From: an uncultured delta proteobacterium
Lineage (GTDB): Bacteria; Desulfobacterota; Binatia; UBA9968
Assembly: GCA_963728565.1 (NCBI GenBank)
Contig: CAVSLC010000005.1
Span: forward strand, 64,001-128,000
DNA: 64,000 nt
Direction: 5' to 3'
The position numbers and the translations under genes were made by a program. Each line of letters begins with the position of its first letter. Position 1 is the stretch's first letter. Positions 51,317 through 61,163 of this stretch are shown here, piece by piece. The notes beneath the pieces were generated by a model. The model did no database searches. It saw nothing but the letters and a program-made list of their open reading frames with translations, and was not told the origin of the DNA.

Positions 51317-52849
51317 TTACGCCGCATCGCTGGTCGGCGGTATTGGTTTCCGCCGATTAGGATTGCGCAGAATCTGAAGTGATTTCTGCTCGATCTGTCG
51401 GATTCGCTCTCGGGTAACGGCAAAGATCTCACCGAGTTCCTCTAATGTATAGTCTCTTTCTTCCTCGATACCGAAGCGCATTCTCAACACGGTTTCCTGC
51501 CGAGGTGTCAGAACTGCCAGAGCTTTTCTGACATCGGTTCTCAGGACTCCTTCCATTGCTTCTTTATCAGGTTGAGGATTGATACGGTCCTCGACGAAAT
51601 CGGCGAGCTGATCACCGTCTTCCCAAACCGGTGTCTGTAGTGAGACAGGTTCTCCCTGTGTTTGCATGACTCTAAGCATTTCTGGAACAGACATGTCCAT
51701 CTCTTTTGCCAGTTCTTCCGGCTTAGGCTCCCGGCCCAGGGTCCGTTGTAAATGATGAGCCGTCTGAATAACTTTGTTCCTTAGTTCAACTCGGTGGACC
51801 GGAATGCGAATCATCCGTCCGGTATCGATCAAACCGCGTGTGATCCCTTGTCGGATCCACCAACTTGCATAAGTAGAGAACCGGTACCCTAAGCGGTAAT
51901 CAAATTTCTCAACCGCTCTCATTAGCCCGAGGTTACCCTCCTGAATCAAATCCAATAGACTCAAGCCTCGATTCGTGTACTTCTTCGCGATGCTGACAAC
52001 CAATCGGAGATTAGCTTCGGTGAATTCAGTTTTAGCTACATTCACCAAGCTCTCGGTTTCAGTAATTCGGGTAGCAAGGGCGTGTATTTCGCCCGCTCTG
52101 AAGCCCGACATGGGCTTCAATCTGCTCAATTTGAGTTACAAGCCCGGCGCGTCTGGACTTGGTAGCCGCATGTGCGCGTTCCTCGAGTTCAGTGATGCTC
52201 TTGGACGATTGTTTTAGTTTCTGCACCATGGATTCGAGACGGGAAGAGGAAAGTCCAACCTCGCGCAGCAGGCCGACGATTCTGTTGACCAGATTTGCGT
52301 GGGTTTTATTGAGAGCATTCCGGCGCTGTTCCGATACGCGTTTTTGATTCAGCTGCCGGCGAACCTTATCTTGCTCGTGCCTGAGACGCTTGAGTTTGCT
52401 TATGGCTCTCAGAAAAGGCTTGGGATCGAAGCTTATCCGGTTCTCGTCTTCCTCGGCGTCCGATTTTTCTAAAACTTCTCGGAGATCGAGTTCGCCACTG
52501 GCCACGGCATCGCCAAGGCTGATGGTGTAGTGCAGGCACATCGGAGCATTAAACAGGGCTTCAATGATCGCATTTTTGCCCAAATCCATTTTCCTGGCGA
52601 GCTCGACTTCTCGTTCTCGGCTAAGTAGCGGAATGGATCCAATTTCATGTAAGTAGGTTGTAATTGGATCGACTGTCAGTCCTTTTTCTTCAGGCTGCGC
52701 TTCTGCTTCCCCGCCCTGTTCCTCCTCTGTCGCACATCGGAACCGAGCTCCAACTCGGGTTCATCCGCGTCTAGCTCGTCTGATTCATCTTTTTCGATTT
52801 CCAACAATTCATCGTTGGGTCTATTGGTGGGTTCGATATCTGTCCGCAT
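51317..52849 (-). CDS. RpoD-like sigma70 factor, probable paralogue (two apparent frameshifts, ~52735 and ~52100)
   Basis: RBS GAGGAG + ATG 52849; acidic N-tail; region 1.2 [26 protein letters not shown]; region 2 [50 protein letters not shown]; region 4 [17 protein letters not shown]. Confidence 0.88.
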
Positions 52850-52944
52850 GGTTTCTCCTCAAATCTTTAGACGATAAGGGCCGTCACTTCTCAGCCCGGC
52901 GGTATCATTTCGCTGATGCGCGTCTGCTTTAACTTAAAAATTCA

Positions 52945-52960
52945 AGCGAATTCGATGCCA
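52945..52960 (-). promoter_or_regulatory. putative sigma54 promoter upstream of sigma factor gene
   Basis: Minus strand TGGCATCGAATTCGCT = GG-N10-GC, ~95 bp upstream of ATG, with an AT-rich tract further upstream. Confidence 0.45.
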
Positions 52961-53336
52961 TTTTGCCTTCTTCAATTGTTTCGTTGTTGTTTCTTAATAA
53001 ATTCTCATAACTGAGACACGGCCACAAGCGATGGTCTCCTCTAATGTGAGAATCGACAGGATGATCACAGGAACTTTGGCTTTGAGTTACGGCGCTGGTC
53101 TGGTGGCTACTTGGTTCGCGTCGCGGGCATCGTAAAATCTAAGGATCGTCACCTGGCATGTCAAGCTAAAGTATTAAAAAGTTTAATTAAGATGCCTCTT
53201 TCAAAGGTATTTCGACGAGAATTCCGCGCCGAGGTCATGTAAGAGCGGTAACCCCGCCGCGGCTGAAGCCGCTTGCGTGGCGATTTCTGGGTGAAGCCAA
53301 CCCCCAAAAACTCAGATCTCGGCGTCAGCAGTTAGC

Positions 53337-54492
53337 TATGACAACCCGCAAACGCGAAATTTAAACGGAGTTAGATAATGCCTCGCCGCCTGTCGGTTTT
53401 ACCAGCAGCGCGGCACCGAGTTGCAATCCTACTTTGTAGTCGCGGGTGATCGGGTTGGGCTGGATGACGTGAACCATTTCAATTAAGGTCCGATGAGCGG
53501 CGCTTCGCGTCCCTCATTCGGGCGCCTTCCCGCTGCGCCGTGGAGCACACTGCCATAGGTCTTAAATCCGTTTTGTTTAATTACCGAAGACGCGGCGATG
53601 AGTTCCTCGCTCGTAACACCGGGCCGGCAAATACTTTTGACATTTTCGTAATACTCTGGAGCGACATCAAAGAGCTTACGATAGAGCGGCGAGGGCTCGC
53701 GCCGCACGGCAAAGGGACGGTGAATTGAGTCGAATAGCCCAGTAGCTCACAGTCAATTCGGAAATAACGACGCTGCCGGTGTTCAAGACTCTTTCGGTTG
53801 CGTGCTGTCAAGGGACAAACCGGTCGGGCTCGTCCATACGGGTGCTGGCTATGAAGTGGATGCCTGGGTCGCCGCCGTGTTACGGCAGGCATCACAGATG
53901 ACCCCAAGAATCTCCTGGTCGTTCATTCCAGGATGAAGACGCTGCTCAAACGCGATGCAGGCGAGATCGGTCAAGAATCCGCTGCGCCTGAGGTAGATTA
54001 ATTCCTCCTCGCTACGGACTCCTCCGGATTCGGTTAAACAAGGGACCGAACTCTCTACGAGATCTGCTTCGGGAAGGAGACGCTTGAGTTCCGTAACGTG
54101 GCCATAGGGAATGGCGCGCAAAGTCACGAGACCAATTCTGCACTTAGCGAGGGCTTTACACCGGATCTCTTCAACGAGCGTCGGTATAGGCGAAGGCCTG
54201 TACCAGCGCACATCGGAAATTATCGATCGGGCTTTAGCACACGGCTGATGATTGAAGAAGTGAATAAAACAGGTCGCTTCTCCATCGCGGGGAACCAAAA
54301 CCCAGCAGGGTGATTGCGCGAGATAATTCGAAATGAAATATAGTGGACCTCGGAAGAGCCCCGTGCACCGACGATTAGAATCGCGTGAACGTCTTGTTCT
54401 TCCATGGCCTGCCGCACGGCGCGGATAGCGGCGACGTACTCTTCATCGGAAAAGCATGGGAATAAGTTGGTTTGCTTTTCAACTGCCGTCAT
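53337..54492 (-). pseudogene. decayed M24 (Xaa-Pro aminopeptidase/creatinase-like) gene
   Basis: Fragments FSDEEY...VRQAMEEQDVHAILIVG, VPRDGEATCF, VRSEEELIYLRRS, LHPGM, HVIQPN spread over several frames, with far more breaks than neighbouring genes. Confidence 0.7.
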
Positions 54493-54754
54493 GTTTGCTC
54501 CTACACCGATTTGCCGTCTCGTGGTCTTGTTTCTTTAGATCAGCCGGCTGGCACTTTACCGACCTAAGCGCCTTCCGGAATATCAAGCATTCGCAACCGT
54601 TATGGGTTCGCCCCGAATACTTGACAATCCTTAAACGGATCGGCTAGTGCTTACAACTGATTGCCGAGATTGTTGACCATGGGGGCGCGGCTTTTTGCGG
54701 CTATCTTGCATTGCGACGAATCTCATTTTGATTCACCCCTTAGGAGGACCTTCC

Positions 54755-55462
54755 ATGAAAGCACAGGAATGGCGTCAGGAATTAGGTGAATGTGTGCGCT
54801 ACTTGTTTCGATCTTCTGAGATGGAGCACTTCTATTCCGTCGCAATGACCACGCAACGGGCGCGGATTTATCTCTTGCAACTGAGCCTTTACGTCCGGCA
54901 GCGCCGTAACTTCTGGCCGCAAGTGGCTGCAAATTGCCCCGAATTCGACGTAAAACAGCGAATTCTGTCTCATGAGTACGAGGAGTTAGTTGAGGACGAG
55001 CACTCGAAACACGGTCATCTCGATCTGATTTTTCGTCAAGGCAAAGAGGTTGGGCTCAGTTTGGACGAGATCGTGAACGCGGAACCGTTACCGACAACGA
55101 CAGCGGCGATTTACGCTTGGTTCTGGATTGCCCGTAACCGCCCCTGGCAGGAGGCAATCGCGGCATCGACGATTGCGGAATGGACCAACGATGATCGGCT
55201 ACTGGGGGACCTTGGCGGCGGGAATTGCAGTCGTTTGTATAAAATCTGGAAAACGGATTTAAATCTTAGCGATGCGCAAATGCCGAATTTTACAGCCCAC
55301 AGCAAGGCTGATGTAAAACATTCCGACATGTTTATCGATGTACTGGAAAGATACGTCGGGCCCGGGCGTGAGCAAGACGTGCTGAAGACTGCGAAAGAAT
55401 CGATGGACATCCATCGGGCGTACTTTGGAGGAATGGCTCAAGCTATGTCGAAAGCGCCGTAA
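54755..55462 (+). CDS. heme-oxygenase-like diiron enzyme (PqqC/TenA/CADD-like fold)
   Basis: RBS AGGAGG; ligand pattern HEYEE....HSKHGH, IAE, HSKADVKH (HxxxDxxH); PLPTT and PWQEA motifs typical of the family. Confidence 0.75.
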   Translation: MKAQEWRQELGECVRYLFRSSEMEHFYSVAMTTQRARIYLLQLSLYVRQRRNFWPQVAANCPEFDVKQRILSHEYEELVEDEHSKHGHLDLIFRQGKEVGLSLDEIVNAEPLPTTTAAIYAWFWIARNRPWQEAIAASTIAEWTNDDRLLGDLGGGNCSRLYKIWKTDLNLSDAQMPNFTAHSKADVKHSDMFIDVLERYVGPGREQDVLKTAKESMDIHRAYFGGMAQAMSKAP

Positions 55463-55480
55463 ACCATTCAGGAGAATCTT

Positions 55481-56497
55481 ATGAAACTAGCCGAATTAGA
55501 CGGCCAGTTAGCAAAAAACCAACTAGCCGGCTTCTGGAACACCCGTGTTCCAGGTCATTCCGCGGAAGCGCCGTACCTCTGGAAATGGGAGGCGCTGCTG
55601 GATGGCTTATTGAAGGCAAGCGAGACGATTGGGATCGAGCAGGCGGAGCGTCGCGCCATTCGGCTGGTAAGCCCGCACGTACCAAACAAATCGACTTCTC
55701 ACACCGTGCAGCTCACATTCTCAATCGTCAATCCGGGAGAGGTCGCGAGAGCGCATCGCCATAACATGGCTGCGATCCGCTTCGTTGTCCAAGGGAAGGG
55801 TGCCTATACCGCAGTTCAGGGTGAAAAGTTTCCCATGGAAGAGGGTGATTTGGTGCTGACACCCAACTGGACCTGGCACGAGCATCACAACGAGTCTGAA
55901 GATCCAATCATCTGGCTCGACGGCTTGGACGGCCCATTGATCCAAGCGCTGAACGTTCTGTTCTTCGAGGAGTCTGAAAAACCCGAACTACCGATCACAC
56001 GCGCAACCGGCGAATCGCTGAGCCGTTTAGGCTTTGCCCGCGCGCCGAAAGTGGATAACACGCCGGCTCGCGGTGTTCCCTTCCGGTATGGATGGCAGGA
56101 TACCTACAAAACGCTCAAACTCCTGAGCAGAAGCGAGCAGGATCCATACGACGGAACTTTGCTGCGTTACATCAATCCCGCCACGGGCGGGTATACTTAT
56201 CCAACGATGTCGTGTGAGATACAGCTTTTCAAGCCGAAATGCATAACCAACTCACATAGGCATACGAGCACGGCAGTTTACCATGTTTTTAAAGGCCGGG
56301 GCCGGACTGCCGTAGGAGAAAGTCATCTCGAATGGAAGAAAGGCGATTCTTTCGTGATCCCGCTTTGGCAGTGGCATTCACACGAAAACCCATTCGAAGA
56401 AGAAGCAATTCTTTTTTCGATCAATGACCGTCCGGTGATGGAAACACTGCAACTCTATCGCGAAGAGTTCAGCAACGGCAACAAGAGTGCTGAATGA
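55481..56497 (+). CDS. gentisate 1,2-dioxygenase family bicupin
   Basis: AERRAIRL, PGEVARAHRH..AAIRFVVQG, TPNWTWHEH, WLDGLD.P, YINP.TGG...PTM, HRHTS.AVYHV..G. Confidence 0.88.
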   Translation: MKLAELDGQLAKNQLAGFWNTRVPGHSAEAPYLWKWEALLDGLLKASETIGIEQAERRAIRLVSPHVPNKSTSHTVQLTFSIVNPGEVARAHRHNMAAIRFVVQGKGAYTAVQGEKFPMEEGDLVLTPNWTWHEHHNESEDPIIWLDGLDGPLIQALNVLFFEESEKPELPITRATGESLSRLGFARAPKVDNTPARGVPFRYGWQDTYKTLKLLSRSEQDPYDGTLLRYINPATGGYTYPTMSCEIQLFKPKCITNSHRHTSTAVYHVFKGRGRTAVGESHLEWKKGDSFVIPLWQWHSHENPFEEEAILFSINDRPVMETLQLYREEFSNGNKSAE

Positions 56498-56623
56498 AGT
56501 ACATTCTTTGCTTTCATGGAGCGTGAACTTCATCCGACGTTCGTTTCTAGACAGTGCCGCCGACTCCTGCGCAGCGGTAGTCACTAAGAGACAATTATGA
56601 ACTAACTCCACCTGGTTAACTGG

Positions 56624-57628
56624 ATGGCTTCTACAACAAGCATTAGGCTCGCGAGTCGAACTTACGATGGCATTCTGCCGATCCTGCGCGGCCAAATGCA
56701 GGTTCCGGGATTTGACCTGCATATCACCGAGACGAGCGATGTCGCTGGTATGTTCGCCGGGATGTTCAAAGGTCAGTATGACGTTGGCGAAATGTCGCTG
56801 GGCGAGTTGATTTACTATACTTCACGATCCAAAGCTGAATTCATCGGCATCCCGGTCTTTCCTTCCAGAATGTTTCGGCATGGGTTTATATTTTGCCGCC
56901 GCTCTGCCGGGGTGAACAGTCCCGGTGATCTGAGCGGCAAAAGCGTAGGATTTCTACGCTGGGTGCAAACAGCGGCGATATGGATGCGCGGCATGCTTGT
57001 CGATGAATACGGTATTTCGGCCTCTGCCACTAAATGGTGCATTGCTTCGATGCATCATTGGGACGATGTGGATCCCGGTGCCACAGTCCAGCCGCGCGAC
57101 GGTTCGATTATTCATCGGATCGAAAGCACGGGAAAGAATGCATCCGAGCGCGCTTGTCGCGCATTGTTCGACGGCGAAGTTGACGCCCTCGGAGTAACAG
57201 AGTCGCAACTGCCGACGTTGCTAGCGAATGATGCAGTCTGCCGATTATTCAATAATCCGCGGGAGGTGGAGGTCAGCTACTTCCGCAAGACGAGAATTTT
57301 GCCGATTATGCATGTTGTCGCATTGCGAAAAGATTTGGCTGATCAGCATCCGAAACTGCCGGAGAACCTTTTTCGCCTTTACTCAGGTGCCAAAAGGTGG
57401 GCACAGCAGTGGCGAAGGACGATTCCGAGTTTGGTTGAGGCTTGGCCGGTTCATTATTTGTCTGAAGAAGAAAAAATTTTTCAGACCGATCCCTGGGAGT
57501 ACGGCTTGGAGCCGAATCGGCACGTGATCGATAAGTTTCTTGCCTACTGCTACGCACAAGGCGTTAGCGCGAAGCAAATTGCGCCTGATGAGTTGTTCTC
57601 TCCTAGCACTTTGAAACTCGTGGAATGA
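56624..57628 (+). CDS. 4,5-dihydroxyphthalate decarboxylase-like protein (periplasmic-binding fold)
   Basis: YDVGEMSL, IPVFPSRMFRH, QTAAIWMRGML..EYG, PIMHVVA, DPW.YGLEPNR. Confidence 0.8.
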   Translation: MASTTSIRLASRTYDGILPILRGQMQVPGFDLHITETSDVAGMFAGMFKGQYDVGEMSLGELIYYTSRSKAEFIGIPVFPSRMFRHGFIFCRRSAGVNSPGDLSGKSVGFLRWVQTAAIWMRGMLVDEYGISASATKWCIASMHHWDDVDPGATVQPRDGSIIHRIESTGKNASERACRALFDGEVDALGVTESQLPTLLANDAVCRLFNNPREVEVSYFRKTRILPIMHVVALRKDLADQHPKLPENLFRLYSGAKRWAQQWRRTIPSLVEAWPVHYLSEEEKIFQTDPWEYGLEPNRHVIDKFLAYCYAQGVSAKQIAPDELFSPSTLKLVE

Positions 57629-57659
57629 GTTTCACAACCTGAACGAAAGGAAATCCTTG

Positions 57660-59153
57660 ATGTCTACTGCACTGGCCAGCAAAACTCAAAGCGTTGCCGC
57701 CTGCGATCTGCGCGATTGGCTCGGACAAGTGGAAGCCATGGGACAATTGGCGAGCATCTCCGGCGCTCATTGGGATGTGGAACTCGGCGCGCTTACCGAG
57801 ATGATACTCGAGCGAATGCCTACGCCACCGGCCGTCATGTTCGATTCTGTTCCCGGTTACGAGCCGAATCGCCGAGTTCTTGCCAATATGCTGGAGAGCT
57901 TGGAACGCACTGCGGTGACTCTGAATCTGCCGATTGAGCTCAACACGATATCCTTAATCGATGCTCTGCGGGCAAGGCTTCGAGCGCTTCAACCGATCAA
58001 ACCAAATGTCGTCTCCACTGGCGCTGTAATGGAAAATGTTGAACGCGGCGATCAAGTTGATTTGCTCAGATTTCCTGTGCCGCGCTGGCACGAGGGCGAC
58101 GGAGGACGCTATTTGGGAACAGCGCATCTCGTGATTACTCGTGATCCGGAGAGTGGGGTGGAAAACGTCGGCTGTTATCGCGTCATGCTTCAGGATAAGG
58201 ACAAGGTCGGCCTTTATATCTCGCCGGGTAAACATGGACGAATGCACTATGAGAAAGCGATGAAAGCTGGTAAATCATTTCCGGTTGCCATGGTGTTTGG
58301 GCAACATCCATTGCTATTCATCGCCGCGTCCCAAGCAGTGCCATTCGGCGTTAATGAATATGACTGGACCGGCGGGATCCTGGGTCAGCCCATCGACGTT
58401 ATCAAGGGGCCTCTCACTGGACTCCATTTCCCGGCCTCGGCGGAAATTGCAATCGAAGGCGAAATTACACCCGGGGAAATGCTTCCGGAAGGTCCTTTTG
58501 GCGAATGGCCTGGTTATTACGCTAGCGCTCGCCGCGCCGAGCCGTTTGTACGCGTTAAGGCGTTATATTATCGAAATGACCCGATCATTTGCGGTGCCGC
58601 TCCTTTCAAACCGACGATTCATGGCATGTATCGTTCCTGTTTGCGCGCCGCTACAGTATGGAACGGTATGGAGCAAGCCGGCGTGCCGGATATTCGTGGT
58701 GTTTATCTACCACCGCCGGCGCAGCGCTTCATGATTGTTGTAGCGATCAAGCAACGCTATCCAGGCCATGCAAAGCAAGCTGCCTTGGTGGCGTCGCAAT
58801 GTCATGCGGGTGCCTACCTGGGTCGGTACGTGATTGTTGTCGATGAGGACATCGATATCACAAACATAAACGAAGTGGTCTGGGCCATAGCTACTCGCTC
58901 AGACCCGGCAACCTCGGTCGATATCCTGCGCCGCACATGGAGTGGTCCCCTGGATCCGATCATTCAGCCGGGTCAAAAGGGACATAACTCGCGCATGATC
59001 ATTGAAGCGGTACGGCCTTATGAGTGGCGTGATCGTTTTCCAGCGACCAGCGCGATCAGCGATGAAACCCGTAAAGAATACTCCGCAAAATGGGCGAAGG
59101 AGCTGGGCGAAATCGAAGGTCGATATACGCGAACGCGTGCGCGACCCGTTTGA
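57660..59153 (+). CDS. UbiD family prFMN-dependent decarboxylase
   Basis: DLRDWL, FDSVPGY, DGGRYLGT, NVGCYR, PASAEIAIEG, EGPFGEWPGYY, VDEDID...V.WAIATR.DP. Confidence 0.92.
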   Translation: MSTALASKTQSVAACDLRDWLGQVEAMGQLASISGAHWDVELGALTEMILERMPTPPAVMFDSVPGYEPNRRVLANMLESLERTAVTLNLPIELNTISLIDALRARLRALQPIKPNVVSTGAVMENVERGDQVDLLRFPVPRWHEGDGGRYLGTAHLVITRDPESGVENVGCYRVMLQDKDKVGLYISPGKHGRMHYEKAMKAGKSFPVAMVFGQHPLLFIAASQAVPFGVNEYDWTGGILGQPIDVIKGPLTGLHFPASAEIAIEGEITPGEMLPEGPFGEWPGYYASARRAEPFVRVKALYYRNDPIICGAAPFKPTIHGMYRSCLRAATVWNGMEQAGVPDIRGVYLPPPAQRFMIVVAIKQRYPGHAKQAALVASQCHAGAYLGRYVIVVDEDIDITNINEVVWAIATRSDPATSVDILRRTWSGPLDPIIQPGQKGHNSRMIIEAVRPYEWRDRFPATSAISDETRKEYSAKWAKELGEIEGRYTRTRARPV

Positions 59154-59390
59154 TACTGAGCAGACTGAGAGCCAACGTCAGTATCGCGCATCCTCACAGC
59201 TTCCCTATTGAAATGCAGTCTTATCCGTTCTCGGAGAATCTCGAGTAGACGAAAATTGTAATATTTGGTCAATATTGTCCATAGCCAGAGATTCTCAGCG
59301 CCTCTTGCCCCTGCCTAGCGTTCCCCGCCTACTAGAGGAATTATTTGGAATTATCGGTCCTTACGCCAGTGAGCCTGTGGCTCGACTTCT

Positions 59391-59407
59391 CTGGCATGCC
59401 TTGTGCT
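59391..59407 (+). promoter_or_regulatory. putative sigma54 promoter upstream of HTH gene
   Basis: CTGGCATGCCTTGTGCT = GG-N10-GC, 47 bp upstream of ATG 59455. Confidence 0.5.
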
Positions 59408-59454
59408 CCATGGCATTACTGAACTCGCGAAAAAATTCGGAAGGAGAACTACGG

Positions 59455-59676
59455 ATGGAAGAGATAATGACCCCCTCTGAGGTTGCAAATTTACTGAAAA
59501 TCCACCTGAAGACTGTCTATAAGCTAGCGGAGAAGGGAGTTATTCCCGGTAACCGTATTGGGCGGAGTTGGAGATTCAGCCGAAGCGATGTACTCGAATT
59601 AGTCTCCAGTAAGCCCATCAATCTGTCGGACAGCGACACCGACGATCAGGTCGGCAGACTAGCCGCTGTAAAGTGA
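59455..59676 (+). CDS. excisionase-type (HTH_17) DNA-binding protein
   Basis: RBS AAGGAG; MTPSEVANLLKIHLKTVYKLAEKGVIPGNRIGRSWRF. Confidence 0.88.
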   Translation: MEEIMTPSEVANLLKIHLKTVYKLAEKGVIPGNRIGRSWRFSRSDVLELVSSKPINLSDSDTDDQVGRLAAVK

Positions 59677-60005
59677 CGCAGAGTCCCCAGACTCGGGAGT
59701 AGATTACGCTGCCGGCGTTGCTCGACTGAGTTTTGTTACGCCCCTACTCAGGTGAGGTAGATAAACGTTTTGGGCGCTCGGTCGAGGCGAGACTAGGAGG
59801 CATTGATGCCTCGCGTGAACCAGATTCGGAAGCGCTCTACGCTGCCCAATCGCCTCGACGAGCACAAGCAAGTATTCGGTTCTGACTGCATGGAAGAGAG
59901 ACTTGGGAACTTGGGCGACAGCGGCTTGAACTGCCATCGCATGTCGTTCCAACAAACCCCGATGCTTTGATCTTGGCGCGAATCGAAACCTTAGAACTGC
60001 AAGGC

Positions 60006-60029
60006 AAATATCGCCTAAAATATCGCCTA
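60006..60029 (+). repeat. 12 bp direct repeat AAATATCGCCTA x2
   Basis: Exact tandem copy ending 21 bp upstream of ATG 60051. Confidence 0.7.
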
Positions 60030-60050
60030 ATCAGATAACGTCGATTGCAA

Positions 60051-60783
60051 ATGGAAACATTAATCGCTGTTTTCAGTGGCGTGGCCTTCCTGGCACTCAT
60101 CGTCTATCTGTGGAACTCCGATCCTGCTGCGAAGCATGACAAAAACGAAGCAATCAAAGAAGCACGTTGGCCGGCGGAAGTTAATCAAGCCAACGAAAGT
60201 ACTTCGCCCACCCTCCAGTTCAAACACGTCGCGCAGCTAGAGGAGAAGATCCAATCATCAAAAAGCGAGCATGCTGAAGCCTTCAACGAAGTTGCTGACT
60301 GCACGCAAAAAGCTACGACTAATCATTTGGATTTACAGGAGGCGCAGGCAAGTGCCGACCGTAGTTCGCAACGAGTCGTCGAATTGGAAACGAGAGAATT
60401 CACTTTTGCAGCGCCGATTAGCTGAACTCAGCAGTCAACAGAGCAGTCGCGAGAGTGAGATGGCTTCACTCAAGCAGGAACTAGCGAAACTCCGCGCGTT
60501 TGGACATGAAGTTGAGAATCTTCAGAAAGAAAAAGCACAACTAATCGAACAGCTGGCAAAATCCGAGATCGAGAACGCGACGAATGCGCGAGCATCGGTC
60601 GCGCTACAAGATTTGGCAGCGAAGCAATCCGAATTCGAAGACAAACTCAGGAGCTTGCGCGAGGAAAATACACGCCTCCTTGGCGAAATAACCGCGCTCC
60701 GCTCATCCCTTCGTGACAAAATCAAAACTCAACTGGATGGACTTCAGGAACTCTATCGTAATCTCACTCCCGAGCTGAACTAA
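60051..60783 (+). CDS. hypothetical membrane-anchored coiled-coil protein (apparent extra base near 60386)
   Basis: N-terminal TM (LIAVFSGVAFLALIVYLW) in ORF 60045-60425 continues into heptad-rich ORF 60271-60783 if one G is removed. Confidence 0.6.
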
Positions 60784-60898
60784 ATCCTTTCGCGCGACGC
60801 TCACGATTACTGACTGAACTCTCCTCTCATCGATGCGTGACGTGGTTGCCATCGCGCCGTAATAGCCAAAACACATCAGTTTAGACCATAACCGTAGC

Positions 60899-60973
60899 TG
60901 GTGCGCCCGACAGGAATCGAACCTGTACTTAGGGTTCCGGAGACCCTCGTGATGTCCTTTTCACTACGGGCGC
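60899..60973 (-). tRNA. tRNA-Arg(CCG)
   Basis: GCGCCCG acceptor stem, anticodon arm AGGGT-CTCCGGA-ACCCT, T-loop GGTTCGATTCC, encoded CCA. Confidence 0.95.
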
Positions 60974-61163
60974 CTTCAATTCTCTTACATCCGCGACTTG
61001 TCAGAGTCAATGTGAGAATGGCTCGCTGCAATGGCGTGTGACATGTCTCACAGCAACAGCGGTTCAATCGGTTGAGGAGAGTCGAATTCGCGCTTTTTCA
61101 TGCTTGTGCTGCCTTGGATTGGGCACTCATCTAAAAATAGTATTTGGCTATCGCAAGTTGCTT

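Noticed and set aside
54755-55462. PQQ biosynthesis (pqqC) call
   Set aside because: No pqqA, pqqB or pqqE nearby; the PqqD-like domain at ~34.7 kb belongs to an unrelated fusion protein.
59704-60100. Short minus-strand ORFs between the HTH and coiled-coil genes
   Set aside because: No clear RBS or recognisable motifs; not supportable as genes.
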